From NCBI RefSeq assembly GCF_963921235.1, contig NC_086097.1, positions 23,748,001 through 23,812,000 of the forward strand: a DNA stretch of 64,000 bases, read 5' to 3'. Source of the stretch: Mobula hypostoma (taxonomy: Eukaryota). This document shows positions 11,816 to 24,737 of this stretch, piece after piece; position 1 is the stretch's first letter, and each line of letters begins with the position of its first letter. A program made the translations under genes and the position numbers. A model generated the notes under the pieces. That model was not told the origin of the DNA and ran no database searches. It saw only the letters and a program-made list of their open reading frames with translations.

Positions 11816-13084
11816 TAATAGATGTTTCAGGACTGAAACATTGGCTGTTTATTAATTTAATTTCCATAGATGTTTCCTGATCTGCTGACATCCTCCAGCA
11901 TTTTGTATGTGTTGGTCTTTGATAATACTGGCTGCTTTACTGAGGCAGTGAGAACTGTAGACAGAATCCACAAAGAGGAAGCTGGTTTCTGTGTTCAGTT
12001 AAGTTGTGTCCACAGTTTTGCAATATCTGGTGGTCAAGGACAGACCAGCTGCTGTGCCAATCCATTTGACTCAGTTGACTATCATGTGATGAATGGAATA
12101 CAGAGTAATAATGCTACGTTAAATCCATCTCTGTATTCTTAGGCATCAGCTTGCAATTATCTCAGAGAAATATGCTTTCCAAAAAGCAATTCAGGAATGA
12201 CATCAAAAGGAGGAAATTATAATTATTATGAAAGACTGAAAGGTTAAGGTTCTACTGTAAATTTTAAAAAGGGAGGGATGACTTAATAGGAGGCATCATG
12301 ACTGTGTTTGATAGGGAAGGTGTAAAGGAAATATTTGTAGGTGTCTTAAATTTGAGCTGCAAATATTAAGCAATCACTAATAACTTTGTAATGGGATTCT
12401 AAAGAAGCGCCATTAATCATAGACTGTTGAGAATTTGAAGTTCACTACCAGAGAGCCATTGAAAACAGCACAAAATGCTGTTCTAAAGGGAGGCCCTTGT
12501 ATTTTAAGGCTGTGCCTATTGTCCTAGACTCCCCCACTCCAGGAAACATCCTCTCCATGTTCACTCTATATGGGCCTTTCAATATATAATAGGTTTTAAT
12601 GAGATTAAATGCTCCTCATACATTAAGGACTGAGCCACATGGTGAAAATATCAATGGATTAGATTCATTGTCTAAACTGATATAATCCTTGTTTGTTTTT
12701 TATTTCTTTCCAAGGTGTAGACATCATTGGTAAGGGCAGAATTTATTACTCATTTCTAATTGGCTTCTGATCAGAATGGCTAACAGGGCACTTCAAGGGA
12801 CAATTAAGAAGCAATCATTTTGGTGGCTCTAGAGTCACTTGTAGGCAAGGAAGAAAGTTAATGAACCTGATGGGCTTTTACAACCATCTAAGTAGTTTTA
12901 GAATTATCATTATGGGTACTATTTTATTTTGTTTCAGTATTTTACATGTCAGAGGTCTCTGACTGCTAGGGCAGTAAATCATTCGCAGAAATCCAAAGAA
13001 TACCTTGTTGGTGTCATTTTAAGAGAGTAAGATGATGTTAAAAGGCTTCATGATCACACAATCTTAGTGACATAAAGGGACAGA

Positions 13085-13750
13085 GGTAAAGGACAAAATG
13101 AATGGGCAGGTGTAGTATTTCTGTCACTTGCAGGGATATGTGGCAGGAGGGAGATTAGTGGGGAGGAATGAATGGACAAGGGAATCACAGAGGGCACGAC
13201 CCCTGTGGAAAATGGAGAATGCGCAGAAAGTAAAGATGTGTTTGGTGGTAGGATCCCATTGAAGCTGGCAGAACTTGTGGAGCATGATGTGTTGAATGTG
13301 CAGTTTCATGCGGTGGTGGGTGAGGACAAGAGGAACTCTGTCACTGCTGAGGCGGTGGGAAGATGGGGTGAATGTGAATATCCAGGATACGGAAGAGATG
13401 CAGGTGAGGACAGCATCAATAGTGGCAGAAAGGAAACACCATTCTTTGAAGACAGAGGGCTTCTCTGATCTCCTGGAAAGCAAAGCCTCATCCTGGGAAT
13501 AGATGCAGCAAAGATGAATAAAGGAACTCAGATGAGGGAATAGTATTTCTACAGGAGACAGGGTGGGAAGAGGTATAGTCAAGATAGCCGTGGCAAACGG
13601 TAGGTTTATAAAGCTGTCAGTGGACAGTTTTTCTTCAGAGATGGAAACAGAGGGATTGAGAAAGGAGAAGGAAGTGTTAGAAATGGACCAAGTGAATTTA
13701 AGGGCTGGGTGGAAGCTGGAGGAAATATTTGATAAAATTGACAATCTGAG
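13085..13750 (-). mobile_element. Penelope-like element fragment (RT thumb and linker up to the GIY-YIG zinc motif)
   Basis: FHPALKFTWSIS..S.SFL, FYKPT..H.YLDYTSSHP, RVPLVLT.H, LQ.DPTTKHIF, LCDSLVHS...TYPC. Confidence 0.85.
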
Positions 13751-13971
13751 AATGGATACATATAGTCAGAGAACTTGACAAGAGGTTTCCCCAACTTGCC
13801 CATGCCATCCAGAATGCTCATCTAGGCCAGTGAAATTTCCTCGAGTTTGGTTCATATGTCTCTCAGCTTTTTCTATCTTTGTGTCTGTCCAACTATCTTA
13901 AAACACTGAGACAAGAATAGCACACAAAATGTTGAACTTAATGAGTCCGTCAGCATCCGTGAAGGAAAATA

Positions 13972-14240
13972 GACCATGGGACCATTGGACTTAGAAGCAG
14001 AATTGGTCCATTCTGCCCATGTGTCTGGTCCTCCATTTGATCATGGATGATTTATTTTCCTTCTCAACCCTTTCTCCAGCCTTCTCCCATAACCTTTGAT
14101 GCCCAGGCAAATCAAGAATCTATTAACCTCCACTTTAGATATACCCAGTGACTTGGCCTCCACAGCCATCGGTAGCAATGAATTCCACAGGTTCATCACC
14201 CTGCGACTAAAAATATTCTTCCTCATCTCCTCATCAGTGT
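13972..14240 (-). mobile_element. CR1 3' end
   Basis: EMRKNIFSRRVMNLWNSL..MAVEAKSLG..K.EV.RFL in ORF 14041..14277. Confidence 0.8.
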
Positions 14241-15663
14241 TGAGGAATTGTCTCGATCTGAAATGTTGACTGTCCATTTTTCTCCTTAGGTACTGTCCGA
14301 CCCACTGAGAGTTTTCAGTGTGTTTTTTTTAATGCTGCAATTTTACCTGCCTTAACCCCTTCCTCTGGCAGCACATTCTACATACATACCACCATCTATG
14401 TGAAGAAGTTGCCTATCAGGTCCCTTTTAAATCTTTCCTCTCTCTCCTCAACAATTTCTGATGGTTTCCACTTCCATTCACTTCTAAGGCCCAAGTAAAG
14501 GATGACTATTAACAGCCCCTGTTAAACTGAGGTGCTGTCTTCTCAAAACTCATTCTGAAGGGTTCTGATGGTCAGAGTTATAATGCAGACTGTCATTTAT
14601 CGTTTTTCTGTTGTGACAAATGTCTATTATGACTGATCACACATTTCATCCCAGTGTGAAGCCTGCACAGATCTTGCCAAAGTCTGATTTGCATACCTTA
14701 GTGACAAGGTTTCCATTAGAAACAGCACATCAGGCATTTCTAGGTATTCACAGCAGTTCTTGCTGTGGTGTAATGGTATTAGGAGTACCGCCGGATTTGT
14801 AACATGGCATGTTCTGTCGTTAAATCACTTTGAAATAGAAAAATTAAAAAATTGGAACCCTTCTTGAGTGCGTTAAGTGCTTTAAAATATAGTGTCATAA
14901 GTGGAATAAAAATATATCAAAATATCACCAATAGTTTCCAGTGTTATAAATAATGTTAGTTTCATAAGTCTTCAAGCAACCATCTGTTTCATTCCGAAGA
15001 TCAAAGAATATCACGCAGTCCGCTCACTCTTGAGACCAATTTTAGAATCAGAATCAGGTTTATTACCACTGGCATATGTCGTGAAATTTGTTGTTTTGCA
15101 GCAGCAATACAGTGCAATACATAAAACATGCTGTAAATTACAATAAGAAATTTTATTTTAAAAACTAAATAAGTAAAGAGGGTTTGCGGCACATTGGCCT
15201 TCATAAATCAGAGTATTGAGACAGGGGTTGGGATGTTGTGTGAGACGTTGTAGAAGATGCTGGTGAACCCAAATCTGGAGTATTGTGTGCAGATTAGTCA
15301 CCTATCTAGGGGCTATGTAGATATCAATAATAGTAAAAGAGTATCAAGAACATTTAGAAGTTTGTTGCTGGGAAAGAATGATTAAGTTAGGTCTTTATAT
15401 CCTCACTGGTGGGGAGGCTAGTGCCCCTGATGGAGCTGCTGAGTTTACAACCCTCTGCAGCTTCTCCTGATCCCGTACATAACAGACGCTGATGCTATTG
15501 AGAGAACCAGTGGTCCAGAATAAGTTTACCAGGACACTGCCTGGATGAGAGGGCAGGTGCTATCAGGAAAAGTTGCACAAACTTCTTTGGTCCTTAAGTC
15601 CCAGCAACATCCTTGTAAATGTTCTCTGACAGAGGCTGAGGGGAGTCTGGATAGAGGTTTATA

Positions 15664-16274
15664 CAAGGGGTGATTGATAAGTTCGTGGCCTGAGGTAGAA
15701 GGAGTCAATTTTAGAAAACCTAGCACATTTATTTTTCAACATAGTCCCCTCCAACATGTACACACTTAGTCCAGAGGTTGTGGACCACTTTGTAGAAGCG
15801 GTCCACAGGAGGGGTGATTGATAAGTTCGTGGCCTGGGGTAGAAGGAGATGAGTTATTAACTTCAAACTTTCTGCATTATCACTCTAGGGAGTTGAACTT
15901 TGCATGCCTGTAACGAGAGCGTCTTGGACCTCCAGGTGGTCCACAGCAGGGATGATTGATAAGTTAGTGGCCTTAGGTAGAAGTAGATGAGTTATACAGC
16001 TCTCGTTACATGCACGCGCAGTTGAACTCTTTGAGTGAAAATGCAGGAAGTTTGGTTAATAACTCATCTCCTTCTACCTTGGGCCATGAACTTATCAATC
16101 ACCCCTGCTGTGGACCACTTTCTGGAGGTCCAAGATGCCGACTTCTACAAAGAAGGGATCCATATGCCCCACGACTGCTGGACTAAGTGTGTAAATGTAG
16201 GAAAAACAAACGTGCTAGTTTTCCTAAAATTGACTCCTTCTACCTTAGGCCACAGACTTATCAATCACCCCTCA
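15664..16274. mobile_element. Mariner-derived palindromic MITE with internal TIR copies
   Basis: TA on both sides; TIR (C/T)(A/G)AGGGGTGATTGATAAGT; mariner C-terminal peptide FYKEGI..H..WTKCV.VG(GDYVEK*) in both arms. Confidence 0.85.
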
Positions 16275-16344
16275 TAAGATTATGAAAGGAATAGAGTAGA
16301 CAGCTGGTGTCTTTTTCCCAGAAAAAGGGTGGTGAGGTCGTGTA

Positions 16345-16800
16345 GATGGATGGCATTGTAGCATAGCAGTGACCTGGGTGCAATTTCGTCACTGCCTATA
16401 AGCAGCTTTGTACGTTCTCCCTGTGAGTGCATGGGTTTCCTCCAGGTGCTCCAATTTCCTCTCACATTCCAAAGATGTGTATGTTAGTAGGTTAGTTGGT
16501 CTCACAGGCTTACTGGGCTGAAAGGGCCTGTTGCAGTGCTGTATCTCTAAAGAAAAATAGTATTTGCCATGCCGCTGTCTGTACATTCTCCCTCTAACTA
16601 CATGGGTTTTCTCTGGGTGCTTCAGTTTCCTCCCACATTCAGAAAAGTAGGCATACAGCTTTGGGTTAGTAAATTGAGGACTTGCTATGTAGGTGCTGGA
16701 AGCATGGTGACACTTGTGGGCACCCCCAGCACATCTGCGTCTCACTGATTATTTTGATGTTTTGATATACAATACATGGAACAAATAAAGCTAATCGTTA
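16345..16800 (+). mobile_element. Two tandem V-SINE copies
   Basis: Two V-domains near 16410 and 16580. Confidence 0.7.
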
Positions 16801-17054
16801 AAAAATAAGTTCTCAATCAGTCAAAGTGCTTAATACTAGAGGGCATGCATTTAAGGTGAGAGGAGAAAATTCAAAGTAGTTGACAGGGGGGTCTTCAATG
16901 CAGAGGGTGCTTGGAACGTGCTGCCGGGGTGTAGTCAAGGCAAATGCATGAGAGGCATTTATGAGGCTCTCAGACAGGTACATAAAATGCAGGGAATGGA
17001 GGGATCATAGACATTATTTAGGTAGAAAAGATTTGTTTAGGTAGCTAATCATAA

Positions 17055-17432
17055 ATATGAGAAATTGTGCAGATGCTGGAACTCCAAAGTAACACACACA
17101 AAATGCTGGAGGGACTCAATGGGTCGGACAGCATCCACAGACGTGACAAAACAATAGCCGTTTTGGGCTGAGGCACTTCCTCAGGGCTGGAAAGGAAGGG
17201 GGAAGGTGTCAGAATAAAAAGGTGAAGGGAGGGGAAGGAGGATAGCTAGAAGGTGATGGGTGAAGCCAGGTAAAGGGCTGGAGAGGATGGATTCTGATAG
17301 GAGAGTAGAGTGGACCACCGGAGAAAGGGAAGGAGGAGAGACCCTGGGGGGCTTGACAGGCAGGTGAGAAGAGGTAAGAGGCCAATGTAAAATAAAAGGG
17401 GGAGGAGGTTTTTTCACTGGAAGGAGAAATCA
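17055..17432 (-). mobile_element. Penelope 3' UTR fragment
   Basis: Homologous to 1830-2240 and to the reverse complement of 2545-2940. Confidence 0.75.
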
Positions 17433-17946
17433 ATAGTTTAGGTTAAATTTGATTTAATTAGGTTGACACAATAATGTGTGCAGAAAGACTGATTTCTGTG
17501 CTGAACTAGTTTATAATCTGAAAGGACATTGAATAGTAGATACTATGAGGATGATTACCCTGGTGAATGAGTCTAAAATTAGGGTTAGTTTTACTGTAAA
17601 TTAAGAGATTAATGGATCTAAAACCACTGTATTACTGTGGATCTAGGTTTATTTACTTGGGGATAAATTGTTCCGCTCAGGGAAACGGAAATATCCATGA
17701 ACCTGCTGGGAGTCCATCAGCTGGAGCCCACAACTGATAACATTGACAGTACTCATCTGTCAGCAGAGAATAGAATGCGTAGGGATAATTATAAACGAGT
17801 ATTGAACTAACGTGCTTCATATTTATATAAAACAACATCAATTTTCCTTCCACTTTTCCCGAAGCCACCAACTGTTGCTGAGGTACAGCTTCCACAAGTT
17901 CAAGCCAATCTCCAGCCACTGTCGCCTGACAATCACCATAAAACTT

Positions 17947-18280
17947 GGGCAGCACTGCTGAGCTGGTGGAACTTCTGCCCGACGGCTCTGCCAACCCAGG
18001 TTCAATCCCAACCTCCGGTTGCTGTCTGTGTGGTGTTTGCATGTTCTCCTTATGGGTCTCTTCTGCTGCTCCGGTTTTCCGTCCACGTCCCAAAGCCTTG
18101 CGGGATGGTAGTTTAATTGGCCACTGTAAGTTGCCTGTCGCGTGTTAGTGAGTGGAAGAATTCTGATGAGAATTAAACTGGGCTTCACGTGGTACTAGAG
18201 TAAATGGGTGGTTGTGATGGTCAGTGTGGGTCAAACAGTCAAACTGTGCCTTTCTGTGATGCTTCTCTTTATGAGTCTAT
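17947..18280 (+). mobile_element. V-SINE
   Basis: GGTTCAATCCC B box, V-domain, CR1-like tail. Confidence 0.7.
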
Positions 18281-18639
18281 GATTCAGAATCGGAATCAGG
18301 ATTATTTCCTCTGACATATCTGGTGAAATTTGTTTCTCAGCAGCAGTACAGTGCAATACATTTTTTAAAAAATTACTACAACTTACAATAAGAATTATGA
18401 AAAAACAGTAATATTAGTGCAAAAAGAGAGCAAGATAATGAGGTAGTGTTCATGAGTTCATGGACCATTCAGGAATCTGCAGGCAGAGGGGGAGGAGTTG
18501 TTACTATAACATTGACACAAGAGATTCTGCAGGTGCTGGAAATCCAGAGAAATACACAGAAAATGCTGGACGAACTCAGCAGGTCAGGTAGAATCCTGAT
18601 GAAGGGACTCAGTTCAAATCATCAACTCTTCATTCCTCT

Positions 18640-20945
18640 CTTGGTACATATTGGTACCAATGACATATGAAGGAAAAGCAAAGAAGTCCTGAAGAGAGAA
18701 TTTAGAGAGCGAGGCAGAAAGCTGAGAAGCAGGACCTCCTGGGTAGTAATTTCTGGATTTCTACCTGTGCCATGTGCCAGTGAGGTTAGAAACAGGATGA
18801 TTTGGCAGATTAATGCGTGGCTGAGAATCTGGTGCTGAGGGCAGGGCTTCTTGGATCATTGGGATCTCTTCTTGGGGAGGTTATGACCTGTTCAAAAGTG
18901 ACGGGTTGCACTTGAACCTGAGGGGGACAAAATTTCTCATGGGCAGGTTTGTGAGAGTTGTTGGGGAGGATTTGAACTCATTTGGCAGGGGGACAGGAAC
19001 CAGAGTGAAGGGACCCAGGGTAGGATGAATGGTAAAAAAGAAAAGATGTCGTACAGTCAGACTGTCAGGAAGGGCAGGCAAATCATAGGACAAAATTGCA
19101 GACAGCAGGGTGAGTATCATGGCATAATGGATGCAGAATCAGAAAAGGATAGCAAATACAGTATTCAAAGTGTTAAATCTCAATGCACAAAGTATAAGAA
19201 ATAAGTTGGATAATCTTGTTGCACTATTACAGATTGTCTGGTATGATGCTGTGGCCATCACTAAATCATGGCTGAATGATGGCTGTAGTTGGGAGCTGAA
19301 TGTCCAAGATTACACATTGTATTAGAGGGATAGGAAGGTAGGTAGAGGAGGTGGCGTGGGTCAGCTGGTAAAGAATGGCATCAAATCATGAGAAAGATGT
19401 GACATTGGATCAGAAGATGTTGAATCCTTGTGGGTTGAGTTAAGAAACTGCAGGGTACAAGTACCCTGGTGGCTGTTATAAACAGACCTCGAAACACTAG
19501 CTAGCATGTGAACTACAGATTACAACAGGAAATAGAAAAGGCATGGCAAAGCGGCAATATGATGGTCGTGGGAGATTTTAACATGCAGGTAGATTGGGGA
19601 AATCAGGTTGGTAATGGACCTCAAGAGAGTGAGTTTGTTGAATGCCTATGAGATAGCTTTTTAGAGCAATTTGTCATTGAGCCTACTAGGGGATCGGCTA
19701 TACTGGGTGATTGCGTATTATGTAATGAACCAAAGGTAATTAGGGGGGTTAAGGTAAAGGAATCCTAAGGAAGCAGTGATTGTAATATGATTGAGTTCAA
19801 CTTGAAGTTTGAAGGGGAGAAAGTAAAGCCTGATTTAGCAGTATTTCAGTGGAGTAAAGGAAATTACAGTGGTATGAGAGAGGAGTTGGCCAAAGTTAAT
19901 TGGGAAGAGATGCTGGCAGGGATGACAGCAGAGCAGCAATGGCGTGAGTTTCTGGGAAAAATGAGGAAAGTGCAGGATAGGTGTATTCCGAAAACAAATA
20001 AATATTCAAATGGCAAAATAGTACAACTGTGGCTGACAAGGGAAGTCAAAGCTAATGTAAAAGCAAAAGAGAGGGCATACAATAAAGCAAAAATTAGTGG
20101 GAAGATAAAGGATTGGGAAGCTTTTAAAAACCTACAGAGAGGAATCATTAGGAGGGAAAACATGAAATATGAAAGCAAGCTAGCAAACAATACCAAGGTG
20201 GATTTAAAAAAAGCTGTTATACGTATATAAAAAGAGAAAAGAGAGATGAGAGTGTATAAAGGACCGCTAGAAAATGAGGCCAGAGAAATAATAACGAGGG
20301 ACAAGGAGATGACAAATGAACTAAATGATTGTTTTGCATCTGTCTTCTCTGTGAAAGACATTAATAATGTGCCAGATGTTGAAGGGTGTGAGGGAAGAGA
20401 AGCGAGTGCAGTTACAATTACAAGGGAGATGGTGCTCAAAAAGCTGAAGAAGACCTAAGGTTACTTAAGTGACCCGGACCAGATAAGTTGCACCCTAGGG
20501 TTTTGAAAGGGGTAACAATAGAGATTGAGGAGGCATTCGTAATGATCTTTCAAGAATCGTCTCAATAAATATTTTCGAATGTTGAAAGGCCTAGACAGAG
20601 TAGATATGGAAAGGATGTTTCCCATGGCGGGGGAGTCTGGAACAAGAGGATATAGCCTCAGAATAAAGGGGCGTCTATTTAGAGATATGGAAAAATTTCT
20701 TTAGCTAGAGGGTGGTGAATTTGATGAATTTGTTGCTTCAGGCAGCTTTGGAGGCCTGGTCATTGGGTATATTTCCAGTGGAGTTTGCTAGGCTCTTGAT
20801 TAGCCATGGCATCAAAGGTTATGGGGAGAAAGCCGGGGAGTGGGGCTGAGAAGGAGGGAGAAAAGATCAACCATGGTTGAATGGCAGAGCAGACTCGGTG
20901 GGTCAAATGGCCTAATTCTGCTCCTATGTCTTATGATCTTTTGGT
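18640..20945 (+). mobile_element. CR1 LINE copy 2 (ORF1 C-terminus, APE, linker; RT deleted; 3' end present)
   Basis: LVHIGTNDI, FKVLNLNAQSIRNK, VVGDFN, MIEFNLKFE...; jumps near 20560 to MLKGLDRVD and the CR1 3' tail. Confidence 0.9.
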
Positions 20946-22503
20946 CTCTCCATGGATACGGCCTTACTTGCTGACTTTCACCGGCATTTTGTGTGTTACT
21001 CATAACATATTTCGTGTGGTTCTTTAGGCTCCTGTCCCAAATGGTGAGGGTCTTTAAAGATGGATACCACCTTAAAGGCATCACATTCTGAATATATACT
21101 CAGTAGTAGAATTGGCTGAGTCTACAGCCCTCTACAACATTGGGGCCTCAATACCAGACGATAACCAGCCAGTCTGTAACACTAACCTTGAGTTATTGCA
21201 GAAGAATCAACAACAAAAAACATCAAAACTGGTGAATAGTCATTTTGAAATGAATATTTTGACAATCCTTTGAATTTACAACATGGGGTTGCACGCATTC
21301 TGAAGAGTAGACAATGAATTGTATGCACAAAGCTAGGGAAATGAAGACACGACATTTGGATCAAAGCTCTGCAGATTTGCCATATCCAGTTGCGAACAGT
21401 GGTAAACTATTAAACAGCTTGGAAGAGAGTGAACTTTCCCATTCTCGATGATGGCGGAGCACTGCATGTGAGGAGCAATTACAGCAGGACTGCCCTTTCA
21501 GCCACATACATCTATGCATTCTCCTCCTTCTTCACAAGAGTCCTCAAGCAATTCAGTTCATCCCCAGCAATGTCAAAATGCATTGTAGGAACATATTCAC
21601 TACAGGGATATTCAAGTCCTTTACCGTCTCCTTCATCTTCTCTCAGGTAGTGTAATCACACCTGACCTGTGCAGCTTTGGTCACTGACCTAAAGGAAATA
21701 TGACAGTCAATAGATTGAAAAATTCCAGAGAAAATTTACAAAGATGTTGCCTGGGCTTGAGGATCTGAATTACAGGGAAATATTGAATAGGTTAGGACTG
21801 TGAGTAAAGAAGTTCCCCTCCAAGTTCCCCTTAATCATTTCACCTTTCACCCTTAACTTATAACCTTTAGTTATAGTCTCACCCAACCTCAGTGGATCTA
21901 CATCCCTTATAATTTTGTATACCTCACCTTAATTTTCTGCATCCTTTAATTTTTTAATCAACCAAAGTAGTTGTCAATCTTAGATTTAAATTTAATAATT
22001 GACTCAGCATGCATCTCCATCTGTTGATGAGAGTGCCAGATTTTTTCTATTTTCGGCTTGTAGAGGTGTTTTCTGGCCTCATTCCTGAAAGCCTTTGCTC
22101 TAATTTTTAAAACATACCCAGGCCCTAGATTTCCCATCCATTGAAATATTGTTTCTTTACCTCTGAACTGCCATTTTCCCTTAAAAGCTTGAAGCATGCA
22201 GCATCTGTTACCTAGGCAAGTAAACCCGAGTGTTGGATAAACAATCCAGATGTAAACACAACAACCCTGGTGTAAATACCACCATGGCATCTTTAGAAAA
22301 TGCAAATATAGGGTGGCACAACACAGTTAAAGATCCTCTGACCCACCGAACCTGTGCCAACCATCAAGTGCCTACTTACGCCAATCATACTATAATTTTT
22401 TTTGATTGTCTGCTGGTTCTCATCAATTACTTCCCGATTCTATCAATATAAATTCACTTAATAATCACACAACTAGTCTTAAAAATGAATAACAGAAAAA
22501 ACA

Positions 22504-22523
22504 AACACACACACACACACACA
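22504..22523. repeat. (AC)n microsatellite
   Basis: Visible ACACAC run. Confidence 0.9.
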
Positions 22524-23149
22524 CTCAGAGCTCACATAAGGCTTTCAGTGGAGCAAGTCTGCTGTCTTTAAACAGACATTTTCTCTTCTTCCCTCTCCCA
22601 ACAGGCAGAAGATTAAAACAAAACCCTGAAAGAACATCCCACCAGGGTCAAGATCATTTCTATCCCACTGTTATCAGACTCTTTAATGGGCGTCTTGTAA
22701 GATAAGATGGACTCTTGACCTGACAATCTGCAGTGGCAAAATCAAAATCAAAACAGTTGCTGCTACTGGCAACCCTACAGACTTGTTCTACTTGTATGAC
22801 GTGCCCTCACTCCAATAATTATTGTTCCAAAAGTCAAAGATTTGTATTTCAATCCCTTACTAGGAATTAGCAAAGATACTATTTTGAAATGATGAAACTT
22901 AAGCATACTCAAGTGTAAGCTAAGTGTAATTGAGCGTTCAGCAAACGATACAACATCTGCCAAACCCCAGCTACTACGAACTGCAATGAACAAAGCAAGA
23001 ATACACAACTTATTCCCTTTACTTTTACCACGTCCCCACTCATGTGACTAGTTACCATAATACACATAATAAATGCACACCACGGAATACAATGCAGATA
23101 GAGAACAGGTGCATGGTTGCTCCACCTTCTCCCTCCTTATGATCTTGCA

Positions 23150-23470
23150 CAAAGTGTAATGGCCACAGAGAAAGTGCAGGACAGGCAAATAATAAAGTGC
23201 CAGATCATAACAAGGTAGACTGTGAGGTCAAGAGTCCCATTTTATTGTACTAGGGCACCATTTAATAGTCTCATAATAGTAGGAAGAAGCTTTTCCTTGA
23301 GCATGGTGATACGTACTTTCAGGCTTTTGCATCTTCTTCTTGATGGGAGATGAGAGAAGAGAGAGTGTCCAGGGTAGGTAAGGCCTTTGATTATGTTGGC
23401 TTCTTTCTTGAGGATGTGAGATGTACGGACAAAGTCCATGAAGGGAAGACTGGTTTCGTGATGTTCTGAG
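23150..23470 (-). mobile_element. Rex1/Babar 3' fragment
   Basis: ORF 23242..23439: A.IIK.LTYPGHSLFSHLPS.RR.KSLK.R.T.LK...P..MRLLNG. Confidence 0.75.
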
Positions 23471-23696
23471 CTCTGTAGGTATAGGGAAATATGGAATAGG
23501 TTAGGACTCTATTAGCTCTGTAAATGCATGAAAATAATAAATAAATAAATAAGTCTTTCTGTACTGTGGCTCCAGAGGAATCAGCTTGTTCTGTTTTAAT
23601 TTGGTACTTGACTAATTGTGTTATCTAAAACCCTAACAGAATCTCTGGGTCTGCTATGCACTTCGCAATCCAAAAGGTACACTTGGTTATTCCCTA

Positions 23697-23852
23697 AACA
23701 CAAGAGGTTCTGCAGATGCTGGAAACTCAGTGTTCGAGGATTTCAGCAGGCCAGGCTGCATCTATGGAGGGGAATAAACAATCTATCGTCCACTTCTTTC
23801 CCTAGATGCTGCTTGACCTGCTGAGTTCCTCCAGCATTGTGGGCGTTGCTCT
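23697..23852. mobile_element. Fold-back Penelope-end repeat
   Basis: CAGCAGGCCAGGCTGCATCTA arm facing TAGATGCTGCTTGACCTGCTG arm. Confidence 0.7.
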
Positions 23853-24127
23853 TGGTTATTCCGTTTTTCCTCTGTTGTACCTGTTGCAGCCAGTAGGGGA
23901 AGGATCAGTACAGCATAAGTATACTGATTGAGAAGAATTTCAAGTTCTTAATCCTTTATTTTTAATGTTAATGATCACAGAAAATGCTGTAGTTTATTCA
24001 GTTGGGTATTTGTAATGGCTCACTAATACTGAACAACCTCTCTATCACTGAAAGTTATTTTTTGCAAGGCAGATTTGTACTCTTAGTTATTTATAGATTC
24101 TATGTGTTTAGAGTCATGAAAACTAAT

Positions 24128-24372
24128 TAGACCATCAAACCACAAAACATAGGAGTAGAATTAGGCCATTCAGCCCATTGAGTCTTCTCTGCCCTTTGAT
24201 CATGGCTGATCCATTTCCCTTTGAACCCCATTCTCCTGCCTTCTCCCCACAACCCATCACACCCTGACTAACCAAGAACTATCAGTCCCAACTTTAAATA
24301 TACTCAACGACCTGGCTACCACAGCCACCTGTGGCAATGAATTCCACAAATTCACCATCCTTTGGCTAAAGA
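24128..24372 (-). mobile_element. CR1 3' end
   Basis: Antisense CR1 tail TAGGAGTAGAATTAGGCCATTCAGCCC; similar to 13972 and 31015. Confidence 0.8.
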
Positions 24373-24424
24373 AATTAGTAATTTTAAGCTGCTGTTATGC
24401 CATATATTTTCAAAATTTATGTGA

Positions 24425-24700
24425 GGCAACATGGTAGTGTGACACCAGTGCAGCGTCAGCAATAATCTCAGGGTTTGATTCCAGCCGCTGTCTGTAAGGA
24501 GTTTGTACATTCTTCCTGTGACCATGTGGGTTTCCTCCAGGTGCTGTGGTTTCCTCCCACATTCCAAAGACGTACAAAATAGGGTTAGGAATTTGTGGGC
24601 GTGCTATGTTAATGCTGGAAGCATGGTGGCGCTTCTGGTTTGTCCAGCATAATCCTCGCTGACTTGATTAGACACTCTCGCCTCACTTCACTGCATGTTT
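24425..24700 (+). mobile_element. V-SINE
   Basis: tRNA head plus V-domain. Confidence 0.7.
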
Positions 24701-24737
24701 TAAAGTTCAAAGTAAATATATTATCAAAGTACATATA

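Noticed and set aside
15664..16110. CRISPR-like spaced direct repeats
   Set aside because: The repeats are mariner TIR copies in both orientations with long, related spacers, in a eukaryotic context with no cas genes
17677..18093. 138-aa minus-strand ORF
   Set aside because: The first third is antisense V-SINE; the rest has no recognisable domain or convincing splice signals
19864..20439. 191-aa antisense ORF
   Set aside because: Shadow frame opposite the A-rich CR1 ORF2, a common artefact
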